The notes beneath the pieces were generated by a model that saw only the letters and a program-made list of their open reading frames with translations, made no database searches and was not told the origin of the DNA. A stretch of 64,000 nt of DNA, taken from assembly GCA_963674705.1 (NCBI GenBank), contig OY771506.1, forward strand, positions 3,840,001 through 3,904,000, read 5' to 3'. This document shows, piece after piece, positions 1 through 10,638 of the stretch. This stretch comes from Phycisphaeraceae bacterium (GTDB lineage: Bacteria; Planctomycetota; Phycisphaerae; Phycisphaerales; Phycisphaeraceae). The stretch's first letter is position 1, and each line of letters starts with the position of its first letter. The position numbers were made by a program, and so were the translations under genes.

Positions 1-181
1 AGTCCAACCCGAGTGGCCGGATACGGTTCTGCACCAGGCCGAGGAAACCGTCCTCGATACCGTAGACTTCCAACCCGTGCTCGATGATCGCACTCTTGGT
101 CACAGCACGGATAACCGCATTCAATCCCGCACAGTCCCCACCGCCCGTCAATACGCCGATTCGTCTGATCGCCTTTGTCAT
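1..181 (-). CDS. pfkA: 6-phosphofructokinase, 5' part (runs off window start)
   Basis: Manual translation from ATG at 181: [49 protein letters not shown], the PfkA N-terminal GGGD.GLNAVIR signature. Absent from the ORF track. Confidence 0.93.
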   Translation of the reverse strand, partial: MTKAIRRIGVLTGGGDCAGLNAVIRAVTKSAIIEHGLEVYGIEDGFLGLVQNRIRPLGLD

Positions 182-295
182 GGCATGCCTCACATAGGAA
201 GTTAGTACAAGTACTTACTCAATCGGCATGTCAAAGGTACAAAATAAGAGCCAGTCATCCATTAGGGCCGCTGTCGGCACCGATAACCACCGGAT

Positions 296-1171
296 GTGTC
301 TATTCAATCGCAACGGACGTATGCTGTTGTCATGATAACTGCCCTCTACATCCTGTTGATCACTGCTGCTTCACTACTGCTTGGCGCCGGCGTACTGCAT
401 CTGTTGCCCAGACTCGGTAAACCCGGCCGCACCCTCAGCGCGTTCTTCTGCCGAGGTATCGGACTCGACCTGCTGATCACCTACTTCACCGTCCTGCCCA
501 TGATCGTCGGCCTGATCCTCTACATGTGGATCGGCCTGCTCGCGGCAATCGCCGGGCAGGTGGTCGGCCTGCTGATCTGGATCCAGTTACATGAACTGGC
601 GCATCCCGCCGCGAGAAAGGGACCACGCATCGTCAAAGTCCTGAACAAATCCGCCGGCCGGTTCAACAACCATCTCGCACTGTGGATCACCGCGCTGGCC
701 GTGCCCGTGTTCTGGCTGGTCCGTCTTGCCGAGTGGATCGTCTACCCGCCGCTGACCTGGACCGTGCGCCTCCCCGCCTACAAACACAGCGAATGGGTCA
801 ACGTCTCCCGCCACAAGTTCGAAGGACTCGTCGGCCACGACCTCATCTGGTGCCTCTACTGCGACTGGATGACCGGCATCTGGTCGCTGGGCACAGAAAT
901 GCTCCGCAACGTCGAAAGCTTCTGGTGCCCGATCCGTTTCTACGACGGCAACAAATGCGAGAACTGCAAGACCGACTTCCCTGATATCGATGGCGGCTGG
1001 GTTGATGCCGATGGCAACATGAAACAGGTCGCCGACGTCCTCACTGAGAAGCACGCCCAAGGTGATCACTCATGGTTCGGCCACCCCGGCAGAGTGACCG
1101 TAGAAGGTCAACCGCAAAAAGATATCCCGGCATCCGACGATCAAGACAATGAAAAACCCAACGGCGAGTAA
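296..1171 (+). CDS. Hypothetical membrane protein with Cys-rich C-terminal domain
   Basis: Several hydrophobic segments followed by WCLYCDW...ESFWCPIRF...CENC; host-like codon usage. Confidence 0.75.
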   Translation: MSIQSQRTYAVVMITALYILLITAASLLLGAGVLHLLPRLGKPGRTLSAFFCRGIGLDLLITYFTVLPMIVGLILYMWIGLLAAIAGQVVGLLIWIQLHELAHPAARKGPRIVKVLNKSAGRFNNHLALWITALAVPVFWLVRLAEWIVYPPLTWTVRLPAYKHSEWVNVSRHKFEGLVGHDLIWCLYCDWMTGIWSLGTEMLRNVESFWCPIRFYDGNKCENCKTDFPDIDGGWVDADGNMKQVADVLTEKHAQGDHSWFGHPGRVTVEGQPQKDIPASDDQDNEKPNGE

Positions 1172-1185
1172 CATCTCGATCCGAT

Positions 1186-2256
1186 TCAGTTTTCTTCATG
1201 TTTTTCGCCGACCAACTGCGCACCGGTCATATGCAGGAACACATCCTCCAGCGTCGGCCTGCCTACCGTCAGGCTGCGCACCTTGCCGGGGAATGCGCTA
1301 TGAACCTCGCCCGCAATCTTCGCGCCTTCTGACTTTTCAAACCGGATATACCCATCCATCATTTCGGGCTTCATCCCTTCTTCCCAAGGCCCGAACTGGT
1401 TGGTGATCTCTTCTAACAACGCCAGACAATCTGCCTCATCCAGCTCCGGCTCGGGGGTGATTGTCACCACATCCCCGCCGATCTGCGATTGCAGATTCGT
1501 CGGCGTATCGACCGCGACAATCCTGCCCTCGGACATGATCGCCAAACGATCGCAGCGCTCCGCTTCATCCATCAGGTGCGTCGTGAACACCACCGTCATG
1601 CCCGTTTCCTTGCGGATCTGCTCTACTTGCTGCCAAAGCGTCCGACGTGCGCCGGGATCGAGTCCCGTTGCAGGCTCATCCATCAACAGCAGGGCGGGTT
1701 CATGCAATAGCGCCTTGGCTAGTTCAAGCTTTCGTCGCATGCCCCCGCTGAACCTATCGACGTAGTCATCGCGCCTCGCCTGCAAGTCGAAGAACGTCAA
1801 CCAGCGATCAATGCGTTCGGTGAGGGTCTTACCGCTCAGGCCGTAGAGTTGGCCGTGGTATAGCAGGTTTTCGTTGGCGGTCAGTTGTCCGTCGAGGCTT
1901 GGGCTTTGAAAAAGCACGCCTAACCGTTGACGCACGCGGGCCGGCTCATCCAGCACATCGTGGCCCATCACCTGGATCGTCCCCACGGATCGCTCGCCGC
2001 CGTTATTGATGTTCGGCGTCAACATCGTCGAGAGGATACGAAACAGCGTGCTCTTACCGCCGCCGTTCGGCCCGAGGATGCCGAACAACTCCCCACGCTC
2101 GATATGCAGTGAAACCTCATCCACCGCAAACTCCCGCGGCCTGGCCTTCGGGTCCGCCGACCGCTTACGTTTGGGGACAGGGTATTGATGAGAAAGCAGT
2201 TCGATGTGAATCGCCGCCTGCGCCGCTGTATCGGGTAGTTGATCCGCCATGCACAA
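1186..2256 (-). CDS. ABC transporter ATP-binding protein (DrrA/NodI-like)
   Basis: Walker A GPNGGGKST, signature FSGGMRR, Walker B LLLMDEP, H-loop TTH, C-terminal PTLEDVF. Confidence 0.92.
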   Translation of the reverse strand: MCMADQLPDTAAQAAIHIELLSHQYPVPKRKRSADPKARPREFAVDEVSLHIERGELFGILGPNGGGKSTLFRILSTMLTPNINNGGERSVGTIQVMGHDVLDEPARVRQRLGVLFQSPSLDGQLTANENLLYHGQLYGLSGKTLTERIDRWLTFFDLQARRDDYVDRFSGGMRRKLELAKALLHEPALLLMDEPATGLDPGARRTLWQQVEQIRKETGMTVVFTTHLMDEAERCDRLAIMSEGRIVAVDTPTNLQSQIGGDVVTITPEPELDEADCLALLEEITNQFGPWEEGMKPEMMDGYIRFEKSEGAKIAGEVHSAFPGKVRSLTVGRPTLEDVFLHMTGAQLVGEKHEEN

Positions 2257-2312
2257 ACTATATCACCAAGGCCGCGTCGTTTCTCCGTATGCGTAGAAAG
2301 TGCTTGTATTTA

Positions 2313-2347
2313 CCCCTTCTCCCCTTGGGAGAAGGCCGGGGTGAGGG
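2313..2347. repeat. REP-like palindrome, family A (CCYTCTCCC...GGGAGARGGCCGGGGTGAGGG)
   Basis: Same unit recurs at 12894-12926, 12977-13010 and 19707-19740. Confidence 0.75.
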
Positions 2348-2414
2348 CCGGATTGATTACGCCATCGACTATGACTTATAGCCCGACCATTCTGGTCGGG
2401 TTTCCGCATTCATG

Positions 2415-2490
2415 TAAAGCCGCGACCACTGGTCGCGCCGCGGGGTGTATTAATCGATGGGAAAAGCGCGACCACTGGTCGCGGCTATAC
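2415..2490. repeat. REPIN-like inverted pair of palindromes (GTA.AGCCGCGACCACTGGTCGCG)
   Basis: cgcgaccactggtcgcg occurs twice, with outer arms gtaaagccgcg...cgcggctatac in inverted orientation. Confidence 0.7.
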
Positions 2491-2498
2491 AACAAAAC

Positions 2499-3434
2499 TC
2501 ACTGCACCAGCCCGCGTGTCAACCGCATGAAGGCGGTCTCCAGGTTCACCTTCTCTTCTTCCAGGCGGGTCAGCGCAAAGCCCTGCGTCACCAACCGCTG
2601 GGCAATCCGTGACGGGTCCGCATGCTCAGCTTCGAGCGCGACGCGGATGTGATTATTCGTCACCGTCGCTTCGGTCACACCTTCTAGTTGGCGGATCAAC
2701 TGGGCGGCACGCTCCACGCCCTGCGCGACTCCCACGTGCAGCACCGCGCCGGTCTTTGCACGATCGATGATGTCCTGCATCGTGCCGGTGTACTTAAGCT
2801 CACCCTGTTCCACGATGCCCACGTGGTTACAAAGATCGGCCAGCTCAAGCAGGATGTGCGAGCTGATGAGGATCGTCTTGCCCATCCGGTGAAGTTCTTT
2901 AAGCAGCTCGCGCATCTCGATACGAGCACGCGGGTCCAGCCCCGACGCCGGCTCATCAAGCAGCAATACCTTCGGGTCGTGAAGCAATACACGCGCAACA
3001 CTGAGCCGCTGCTGCATGCCGCGCGACAGCGAGTTCACTTCCGCATCGATCTTGTATGCAAGGTCCGTCAAATCCAGCACATCACCGATGACCTGCTTAC
3101 GTTTATCGCCGTGAATGTTGTAGCTGGCCGCGAAGAATTCCAGATACTCCTGCACGACCATGTCTTCATATGAACCGAAGTAGTCGGGCACGTATCCGAT
3201 CACCGACCGCACCTGTCTGGCGTTCACCGGCCCGACGCTCAACCCGTCGATCCGCGCCTCGCCCCAGGTCGGCTTCAGCAACGTCGCCAACACCTTGATC
3301 GTCGTCGTCTTGCCCGCACCGTTGGGCCCGATGAAACCAAAGCAATCGCCTTGCTCAATCTCAAGGTTCAGGTTCGACAGCGCCATCAGGTTCCCGTAGC
3401 GCTTCGTCAGGTTGATGGTTTGGATCATCGGCAT
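2499..3434 (-). CDS. ABC transporter ATP-binding protein
   Basis: GPNGAGKTT, LSRGMQQR, LLLDEP, SSH motifs. Confidence 0.92.
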   Translation of the reverse strand: MPMIQTINLTKRYGNLMALSNLNLEIEQGDCFGFIGPNGAGKTTTIKVLATLLKPTWGEARIDGLSVGPVNARQVRSVIGYVPDYFGSYEDMVVQEYLEFFAASYNIHGDKRKQVIGDVLDLTDLAYKIDAEVNSLSRGMQQRLSVARVLLHDPKVLLLDEPASGLDPRARIEMRELLKELHRMGKTILISSHILLELADLCNHVGIVEQGELKYTGTMQDIIDRAKTGAVLHVGVAQGVERAAQLIRQLEGVTEATVTNNHIRVALEAEHADPSRIAQRLVTQGFALTRLEEEKVNLETAFMRLTRGLVQ

Positions 3435-3470
3435 AAAGTCGATCCGTCACGTCGGCGGCACACGCCGCGG

Positions 3471-5768
3471 TTATTCAAAATCATACACCCATCTGACCAC
3501 AGTCCAACCGTTGCTAGGTATTTCTTCGCCGCCCACGGTCAGCGGCAGCGGCAGTGGTGAGTCTTCCAGGTGGCCCATCACGATCACACGCCGCCCGGCG
3601 AACAACGGCGTCAGGTCGAACTGCCGACCCAGGCTCCGCTGATAGACCCGCGTGTAGGGGATACCCGTCTTGACAAAGTCCGGTGCCGGCAGGGCGTCGA
3701 AGAAACTCAACAACTCGATATACCGGATGAAGTCGGTTGGCAGTATGATCGATTCCTGGCCGGTCGCATCAATCAGATTCTGACCCGGCAGGTTACTGAT
3801 CAGCCTGCCGAGATATCCTTCATCCTTGAAAGAACGCTTCTCGTAAGTTTTATCTCCCGGCTGTTTGACTAGTTCAGGTTGTTCCGAAACCATCAATTCC
3901 GTAAGATCGATCACCTGCTTGGGTTCCCATGGGTCTCCGCGAAGCATGACTTTCGGCACCTGTCCGCCACCCGGGCAATACAACACGCGCACGTCACGAA
4001 GCGCCCCGGGTAGTGCATGCGACAACTTGCCTGTTGGCCAGTTGTTCACGATCTTCAACTTGCCTTGCGGCAGGATCAACGGCTCAGCCATCCCCTGCTG
4101 CGAGATGTCCACCCGTCCCATGTAATCCACTTCGATCTGCTTGGCTGTTGAACGGAAGGGGATCTCCGCCGAACGAGGCGATGCGGCATCCAGCGAATAC
4201 GTCTGCGGATCGAGGAACGCGGTTTCATCCAGACCCACCACCATCCCCGGGCTCGACATCACCTGCTTGGCAGATGGATGCTCCGGATCGATCTCAACCA
4301 GTTGCTTGGAAAACGTGGGTGTGTAGATCGACATCCAGCTATGCGTATGAACGGTAGGGGAGTCCGCCGAGGCGGTCAGCACACTGAAGTGCGTCACCTG
4401 AGCAGACTTCGGCGCCATCAGCCACGCGCCTGCCCAACTGAATGCCGAGAATACCAGCACGATCGCAACGAAGATCAACCAGCTCTGCCGCGTCGCGTTC
4501 TGCTTTTTAAGAACGATCACGCTCAACGGCCCGGCTGCAAACCAGTACAGCCCGAATACCAGGATCGCCAGTAACAACGCCGGCGCTGCCGCACCACGCA
4601 TCGACACACGCCCGGGAATGAACCGTCCCAACGGGATCACCGAACGCTGGTCCACCCGTGACATCTCGTTCGCCTGGACCTTCGCTTCGTAAGTATCTTT
4701 TTCGTAGATCGGCGCCTGCCACATGAAGATCGTGTTCCACACCGGGTTGCGACCGTTCGGCAATCCCATCGACGCAAGCGATCTATCTGACAAATCCAGC
4801 CCCGACACCGTCACCCGTCCGAAGCCGAAACGCTTGGTCACGATGATCGGCCGATTGTTATGTGTTTGAACGACATCAACATCATCATGACCGTTGACAT
4901 AAAACACACTCATCGCGACATTCACAACTTCCGCGCCACGGCGAGCACCAGCCCAACTCGGCGGCGGCCCTTCGATCCGCTCGATGTCGTCCGCCTTGAT
5001 CGGCAACAGGTCGCTCATCGCCGACCCTGTCCACGTCTCGCCATACGCCGGCAGCATGATGACCAGGTGACCACCACGACGCACCCATTCACGCAACGCC
5101 TGTTGTGACGCACTGGACACCAGTGGATCGTTCGGATCGCCGCCGTAGCGCGTCCAGACCAACGTGTCGATCATGGATAAGCCGTACCATCGATCGGGCA
5201 GCGTCGTCAGTGACATACCCGTCACAAGTGTGATCGCTTCATGGCTTGTGTACGGATGGATATGCCGGTCCAGCCCCAGGCTGTAGCTTCCGGTGATGCC
5301 GATCAGTCGGCGAGAAGGGATCATCAACTCCGGCGGTGCGATTTTATCATCGCTTGCCAGCACCTCGTCCGCCGTTTCATTGAGTATCTGGACGATCCAC
5401 GGCTCTGAGACGTTCCAGCGGATCGGAAGCGGCCCGTACAGCCAGGCGTCCTGTTTGCTCAAGGCATCCAGCGTGATCCGCCGCTCAGCATGGACGCGGT
5501 CGCCGTCCGCATCTTTCAGAAGCCATCTGCATACGACCTGCCTTGGTTCCGCCCCCTGGTTCTCCAGGCTCAGCCGGATCGGCGTCCATGTCCCAACCCG
5601 GGCAAAACCTTCCAGGCCCAGTTGCTCCTTCGGCACGCTTAACTGCACCCCCGATACCTGCCCCATCGCGGTGGAAGACAGGGTCAATAACAGCAGGAAC
5701 AAAAAAGCTGTGAACGGATTTTTAAGGGCCCGGTTCATCTGCTTGAATTGTAGCCTAGAGCACGCCAA
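3471..5768 (-). CDS. Large hypothetical exported/membrane protein, probable ABC-associated component with a class I glutamine amidotransferase-like domain (true start may be a few codons downstream)
   Basis: Signal peptide, LPDRWYGL..IDTLVW...LREWVRRGGHLVI segment, two TM helices; co-oriented with ABC ATPases. Confidence 0.7.
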   Translation of the reverse strand: MACSRLQFKQMNRALKNPFTAFLFLLLLTLSSTAMGQVSGVQLSVPKEQLGLEGFARVGTWTPIRLSLENQGAEPRQVVCRWLLKDADGDRVHAERRITLDALSKQDAWLYGPLPIRWNVSEPWIVQILNETADEVLASDDKIAPPELMIPSRRLIGITGSYSLGLDRHIHPYTSHEAITLVTGMSLTTLPDRWYGLSMIDTLVWTRYGGDPNDPLVSSASQQALREWVRRGGHLVIMLPAYGETWTGSAMSDLLPIKADDIERIEGPPPSWAGARRGAEVVNVAMSVFYVNGHDDVDVVQTHNNRPIIVTKRFGFGRVTVSGLDLSDRSLASMGLPNGRNPVWNTIFMWQAPIYEKDTYEAKVQANEMSRVDQRSVIPLGRFIPGRVSMRGAAAPALLLAILVFGLYWFAAGPLSVIVLKKQNATRQSWLIFVAIVLVFSAFSWAGAWLMAPKSAQVTHFSVLTASADSPTVHTHSWMSIYTPTFSKQLVEIDPEHPSAKQVMSSPGMVVGLDETAFLDPQTYSLDAASPRSAEIPFRSTAKQIEVDYMGRVDISQQGMAEPLILPQGKLKIVNNWPTGKLSHALPGALRDVRVLYCPGGGQVPKVMLRGDPWEPKQVIDLTELMVSEQPELVKQPGDKTYEKRSFKDEGYLGRLISNLPGQNLIDATGQESIILPTDFIRYIELLSFFDALPAPDFVKTGIPYTRVYQRSLGRQFDLTPLFAGRRVIVMGHLEDSPLPLPLTVGGEEIPSNGWTVVRWVYDFE

Positions 5769-5889
5769 TGAGCGAAACGGGCAAGGTTTATGTTGCCCGC
5801 GTCAGTTATCGGCCATGCCGCCGGCCCGATAATGCCAGTTCTGCCTGCTCATGCAGTTACCACCATCTCAGGCCCGATACGCAGGATGT

Positions 5890-6148
5890 GATTAATCCCG
5901 ACAACATGCTGTTCTACGCCATCATCGCCTTCCTGCTTTACATGCTGGCGACCTGCTTCTTCACCATTCTCGGAGCACGCATCCACTTCGAGACACGCAG
6001 GCACGACTTACTCGTCCGCTCCAAGCATTTGCGCCTGCAATATCTGCACTCACTGGATGAGAGGATGGCCGGCATCATCGATGAGGAGGAGGAAGCCCAG
6101 ACCACCCTCGTCCAGGAAGAGCCGACAGCCGCTAATAAAGCCGCCTGA
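5890..6148 (+). CDS. Small single-TM hypothetical protein (start uncertain, GTG 5890 or ATG 5905)
   Basis: Hydrophobic N-terminal helix and acidic tail within the 5768..6148 ORF. Confidence 0.5.
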
Positions 6149-6251
6149 TCTTACCCATCTTTCCTCACCACTTATCCCAAAGCCGTTCGCGGCTTAGCGC
6201 TCTTGCCATCTGCCAATAATCCCTGAAAACCATGGTTTTCACACCACCGCC

Positions 6252-7967
6252 GTGCTATCCTGTTGGGTAGGTAATCAGTACCCATTCCTACCCATGCAAC
6301 GACACATTGTCACAACACTAATCACCACACTCACCGTCCTTCTGGCGGTCGGCTCGCTCTACGCTCAGACCATCCCCACCGTCACCGGCAGGACCTTCAC
6401 GCTCTCCACCAGCGCCAACCACAAGCTCTTCATCCCCGACTCATTGAACCTCACGGATGACAACGTCGACGTCCTCGTCCACTTCCACGGCGACCCCGCC
6501 ACCGTCAACAACAACGCCGGATACGCCGACCTCAACGCCGTCATCATCAACGTCACCTACTCCGGCCTGTCCGCCGCGTATACCACACCTTTCAGCAACG
6601 ACACGACCCTCTTCGGTGACATCCTCGACGATGCGCTTTCAACCCTGCGTGCCCAACCGGACATCGCATCCAACGTCGCGTGGGACCAGCTTTCCATCTC
6701 TTCGTTCAGTGCCGGCTACGGCGCGGTCCGACAGATCCTCAAGCAGCCGACCTACTACAACCAGATCGACGGCCTGCTCCTGGCCGATTCGCTCTACGCC
6801 TCGTTCACCAGTTCGACAGACCACATGCCGCTCGATTCGCAGATGGTCGACTTCCGGTCGTTCGCTCAGGACGCCGCGGCCGGCAACAAGACGATGATCG
6901 TCTCGCATTCTCAAGTACCGACCTACTCATATTCCAGCACCGCCGAGACCGCTGACGATCTGATGGATTACGTCGGCATCACACCGACCAGTATCAATCA
7001 GTCCGGCCTCGGTACGCTCCAGTTCTACCGCACCGCTGAACTCGGCAACTTCCAGGTCTGGGGCGCGACAGGCTCGACCGCTTCTGCGCACACGCAACAT
7101 CTGCAATACATGGCAGAGTGGCTCGACGACCTGCCCTTCGATGATGGCCCGCCCGACCCCGTAAACCCGATCGTCAGCCTCGTCGATTTTGAAGTCAACG
7201 AAGGCACGTTCAACTACTCCCCGCTCTACTCCGGCAGCAACGAAGGCATCCTCAATGCCGTCGCAGACCGCACCGTCGCAGACGCTCACACGGGTGTTGG
7301 CTCGCAACGCATCGCGGTCAGTATGGACCCGGCGGCGGACTCATGGCTGCTCCGGCACACCTCAGGCGGCGGTTTCCCGAGCAACAACATCGCCATCAGC
7401 GCCGAAGGCTACATCGGCTTCTGGCTCAAAACGTCCTCGCCCGGCGTCAGCGTCTACCTCGGCCTCGACGATCCCGCCAGCGCAGACCTCGCCACACCTA
7501 TTAACGTCATCGACGACGGCCAGTGGCATCTCTACCAGTGGAACCTCGATGACCCCGACCAATGGCACGCCTGGGTCGACGGCGACGGCACCATCACCGG
7601 CCCAACCTTCACCATCGACGCCATCTTCTTCGAGGGTAACGCCAATGCCATCATCTACCTCGACGATGTCGCCTACAACTACTCAGGCAGCATCCTCCTC
7701 GGCGACCTCAACAACGACAGCTTCATCGGCCTCGACGACCTCGACATCGTCCTGAGCAACTGGAACCAATCCACCACCACCGGCGACCTAAACGGTGACG
7801 GCTACGTCGGCCTCGACGATCTGGACATCATCCTCAACAACTGGAACAGCGGCACGCCACCGACTGCTTCACAACTCGCCATACCTGAGCCGGCAACTTT
7901 ACTCACACTCACTTGTGCAACGTTGCTGCTGATGTCTACACGTCGAGCACAATGCAGGAAGGCTTAA
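6252..7967 (+). CDS. Secreted alpha/beta-hydrolase-like protein with dockerin-like repeat and PEP-CTERM tail
   Basis: Signal peptide; VHFHG and SFSAGYG (nucleophile-elbow-like); duplicated GDLNxDxxxGLDDLDIxLxNWN; IPEP plus TM plus RR. Confidence 0.8.
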   Translation: MLSCWVGNQYPFLPMQRHIVTTLITTLTVLLAVGSLYAQTIPTVTGRTFTLSTSANHKLFIPDSLNLTDDNVDVLVHFHGDPATVNNNAGYADLNAVIINVTYSGLSAAYTTPFSNDTTLFGDILDDALSTLRAQPDIASNVAWDQLSISSFSAGYGAVRQILKQPTYYNQIDGLLLADSLYASFTSSTDHMPLDSQMVDFRSFAQDAAAGNKTMIVSHSQVPTYSYSSTAETADDLMDYVGITPTSINQSGLGTLQFYRTAELGNFQVWGATGSTASAHTQHLQYMAEWLDDLPFDDGPPDPVNPIVSLVDFEVNEGTFNYSPLYSGSNEGILNAVADRTVADAHTGVGSQRIAVSMDPAADSWLLRHTSGGGFPSNNIAISAEGYIGFWLKTSSPGVSVYLGLDDPASADLATPINVIDDGQWHLYQWNLDDPDQWHAWVDGDGTITGPTFTIDAIFFEGNANAIIYLDDVAYNYSGSILLGDLNNDSFIGLDDLDIVLSNWNQSTTTGDLNGDGYVGLDDLDIILNNWNSGTPPTASQLAIPEPATLLTLTCATLLLMSTRRAQCRKA

Positions 7968-8049
7968 AGCATTTTCTTTGTAAGGGAGTGCCCGCCTGAT
8001 ATGATGTATCCTTGTCAGTCATATCACTATTGACAAGAGGAGTACAAGA

Positions 8050-10545
8050 ATGTGTGCAGCCGAACCGGCGGAGGCGCATGTGACCGGGACACGATGCTCC
8101 AGTGTGTTCGTAGCTTGGCACCTGTCCTTATTTTGTTTCGTGTCATTATTGTGTGGTTGTTTTTCCGTAGCGCAGGCGGCGATTGTCGTTGAGGGTGATC
8201 TGAATCCTGTCTATAACGGGGTGGACGATCCCTGGGTATTGCCCGGTGAGTTGGTGGTGGCAGATACCGCATACGGCAAGATGGTGATCAACGGCGGTTC
8301 GTCTGTGACGGACCGTGATGGTTATATCGCTGGACGCATCACCGCTGCGGGGCATGTCACGGTTCGTGGCTCAGGTTCGCAGTGGATCAATGAGAACTGG
8401 TTAGTCGTTGGCGATGATTGGAACGCCTGGTTGACCATTGAAAATGGCGGGTATGTTTCAAGTCGATTCGGTTATGTGGGTATGGGCTATGGCGGCGCGG
8501 GATACGTCACGATCCGGGGCGCCGGTTCGCTTTGGGAGTGTTCAGGCAATATCACTCAAAACGCCGGTCGGCTGTTGATCGAACAGGGCGCGGTGGTTTC
8601 TGCCGGAGGCTTGAGTATCGATAAAGGCTACTCACAGCAGGGTTCGGTGATCGTAACGGGTCCGGGTTCGCGGATGGACCTGCATGGCCTGAGTGTCGGG
8701 TACTACACGTCAAGCACGTTGGCGATACAAAAGCAAGCTGTGGTCAATGTAACAGGAGATACCTCTTTATTGTCATCAATGTGGGATTGGGGCCACGGGC
8801 AGGTCTTACTTCAAAACGGCACCTTAAACACCGGCGGCCTGCTCCTGACGCCGGACGGGTTGCTGGGCGTCGGGACCGTCAATGCCAAGGGACTCGTCAG
8901 CGACTTCGACCTTATCTTCGATGCCGACACGGGCCTGCAACAACAGTTCCTGATCAACAATCTGCCCGGCCAGGCGATCACGCTCAACCTCGATGTCTCG
9001 GACCCGAACAATACCGCCATGATGGGCGCCGGCGTTTACGATCAAGGAAGGTTATGCATCTACGATGGTTTGACGATCTCATCCGGCTTCGGCTACCTCG
9101 GTTATTACGAGGAATCGCAAGGCCTCGCGTTTGTTTCGGGGCCGGGATCGACGTGGATCACTCATAACAGTCTGGCTATCGGTGTTCATGGAGGTGGCAT
9201 ACTCAACGTGAATAACGGGGGCACTGTTAACGCCAGTAATCGTGTCACCCTGGGCAGTAACGACTGGGCTTCCGGAAGCATCAAGGTTTATGGTGACGGA
9301 TCGTTGTTGTCCATCGATGGCGGGATTGATGTAGGGATCTTTGGCGAAGGCGAAATGAAAATCGAATCCGGCGGCACGGTGATCAACAACGATGCAAATA
9401 TTGCCAAGCAGCCGGGATCGACCGGCTCGGTGCTCGTTTCGGGCTTGGGTTCCACATGGACCAATCAGGGCTATCTGATTATTGGTAAGAATTATTCGGG
9501 GCACGGCGATGAGCAGCCGAGCAGCGGCACGCTGACTATTGAAGAAGGTGGCCAGGTATTCAGCCAGAATAGCACCATCGCCCCGACCGCGAACACGCTT
9601 GAGATCATTGTCACAGTCAGCGGCGCCGGATCGTCATGGGTAAATGATAACACGCTGATCGTCGGTTATTCAGGCATCGGCGTCTTGCGTATCGAAGACG
9701 GTGGGCATGTGATCAGCGGCGACATCCAGGTCGGATACCATTCACAGGGTTCGGGTTTCGTAACGGTGAGTGGTGCAGGTTCCTCACTCGTGGCGACCGA
9801 TTCGCTTTATCTCGGAGGTGGCGAATCCTCGGCAGGCGGACAGGCGACTTTGAGCCTGGAGCAAGGCGGTCTGGTCCGGGTAACCGACACACTCAAACTC
9901 TGGAACGGCGCCACGCTCAACGGCTATGGACAGATCATCGCCGATCACCTCATAAATCAAGGCAGGATCGAACCGGGTCTGAATGCCATTGGCGACTTAA
10001 CGATAACCGGTGATTACACGCAAGAGGATCAAGGCGTCTTAGCGATCGAACTGGCGGACGATGGATTCGATCGGTTATTCATCGTCGGCCAGGTAACGCT
10101 CGGCGGCAACATGGAAGTCGTATTTGATGAAGGATTCACCCCTGTAATAGGCGACAGCTTTATTGTGCTGACCAGCACCGAACAGATCGCAGGAAGCTTT
10201 TCACAAGTAACCGTACCCTTCGGTATCGATGTGGTGTACGCATCAGATTCAATCACTCTACTATATCGTCATCACGTTGATCTCAACAGCGACGGCTTCG
10301 TCAACCTCGACGACCTCGACGTCGTGCTGACAAACTGGAACCAGCAAGCCCCCGCAGGCTCCTGGGCCCACGGCGACTTCTCCGGCGACGGCTTCGTCGG
10401 CCTTGACGATCTGGACATCATCCTCAGCAACTGGAACACCGGCACGCCGCCGGCTTCTGTTCCTGCAGGTATTCCTGAACCTTCGATCCCAACGATTGTC
10501 ATTCTGTCAGGTCTTGTCACAGCCATCCAAAGACAAAGACTCTAA
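8050..10545 (+). CDS. Beta-helix/autotransporter-like repeat protein (T5SS/PEP-CTERM-associated repeats) with dockerin-like repeat and PEP-CTERM tail
   Basis: Many GxVxVSGxGSxW...LxVG...GxLxIxxGGxV repeats; C-terminal DLNSDGFVNLDDLD duplicate and IPEP-TM-basic tail. Confidence 0.85.
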   Translation: MCAAEPAEAHVTGTRCSSVFVAWHLSLFCFVSLLCGCFSVAQAAIVVEGDLNPVYNGVDDPWVLPGELVVADTAYGKMVINGGSSVTDRDGYIAGRITAAGHVTVRGSGSQWINENWLVVGDDWNAWLTIENGGYVSSRFGYVGMGYGGAGYVTIRGAGSLWECSGNITQNAGRLLIEQGAVVSAGGLSIDKGYSQQGSVIVTGPGSRMDLHGLSVGYYTSSTLAIQKQAVVNVTGDTSLLSSMWDWGHGQVLLQNGTLNTGGLLLTPDGLLGVGTVNAKGLVSDFDLIFDADTGLQQQFLINNLPGQAITLNLDVSDPNNTAMMGAGVYDQGRLCIYDGLTISSGFGYLGYYEESQGLAFVSGPGSTWITHNSLAIGVHGGGILNVNNGGTVNASNRVTLGSNDWASGSIKVYGDGSLLSIDGGIDVGIFGEGEMKIESGGTVINNDANIAKQPGSTGSVLVSGLGSTWTNQGYLIIGKNYSGHGDEQPSSGTLTIEEGGQVFSQNSTIAPTANTLEIIVTVSGAGSSWVNDNTLIVGYSGIGVLRIEDGGHVISGDIQVGYHSQGSGFVTVSGAGSSLVATDSLYLGGGESSAGGQATLSLEQGGLVRVTDTLKLWNGATLNGYGQIIADHLINQGRIEPGLNAIGDLTITGDYTQEDQGVLAIELADDGFDRLFIVGQVTLGGNMEVVFDEGFTPVIGDSFIVLTSTEQIAGSFSQVTVPFGIDVVYASDSITLLYRHHVDLNSDGFVNLDDLDVVLTNWNQQAPAGSWAHGDFSGDGFVGLDDLDIILSNWNTGTPPASVPAGIPEPSIPTIVILSGLVTAIQRQRL

Positions 10546-10638
10546 CAAACAGCTTGATTACTCCAACCGTCACAACCGGACCGTTTATGTCCGCGATAAA
10601 CGGCTGTTAAAATTAAGTACTTATCTCGGTTTGCCGAA

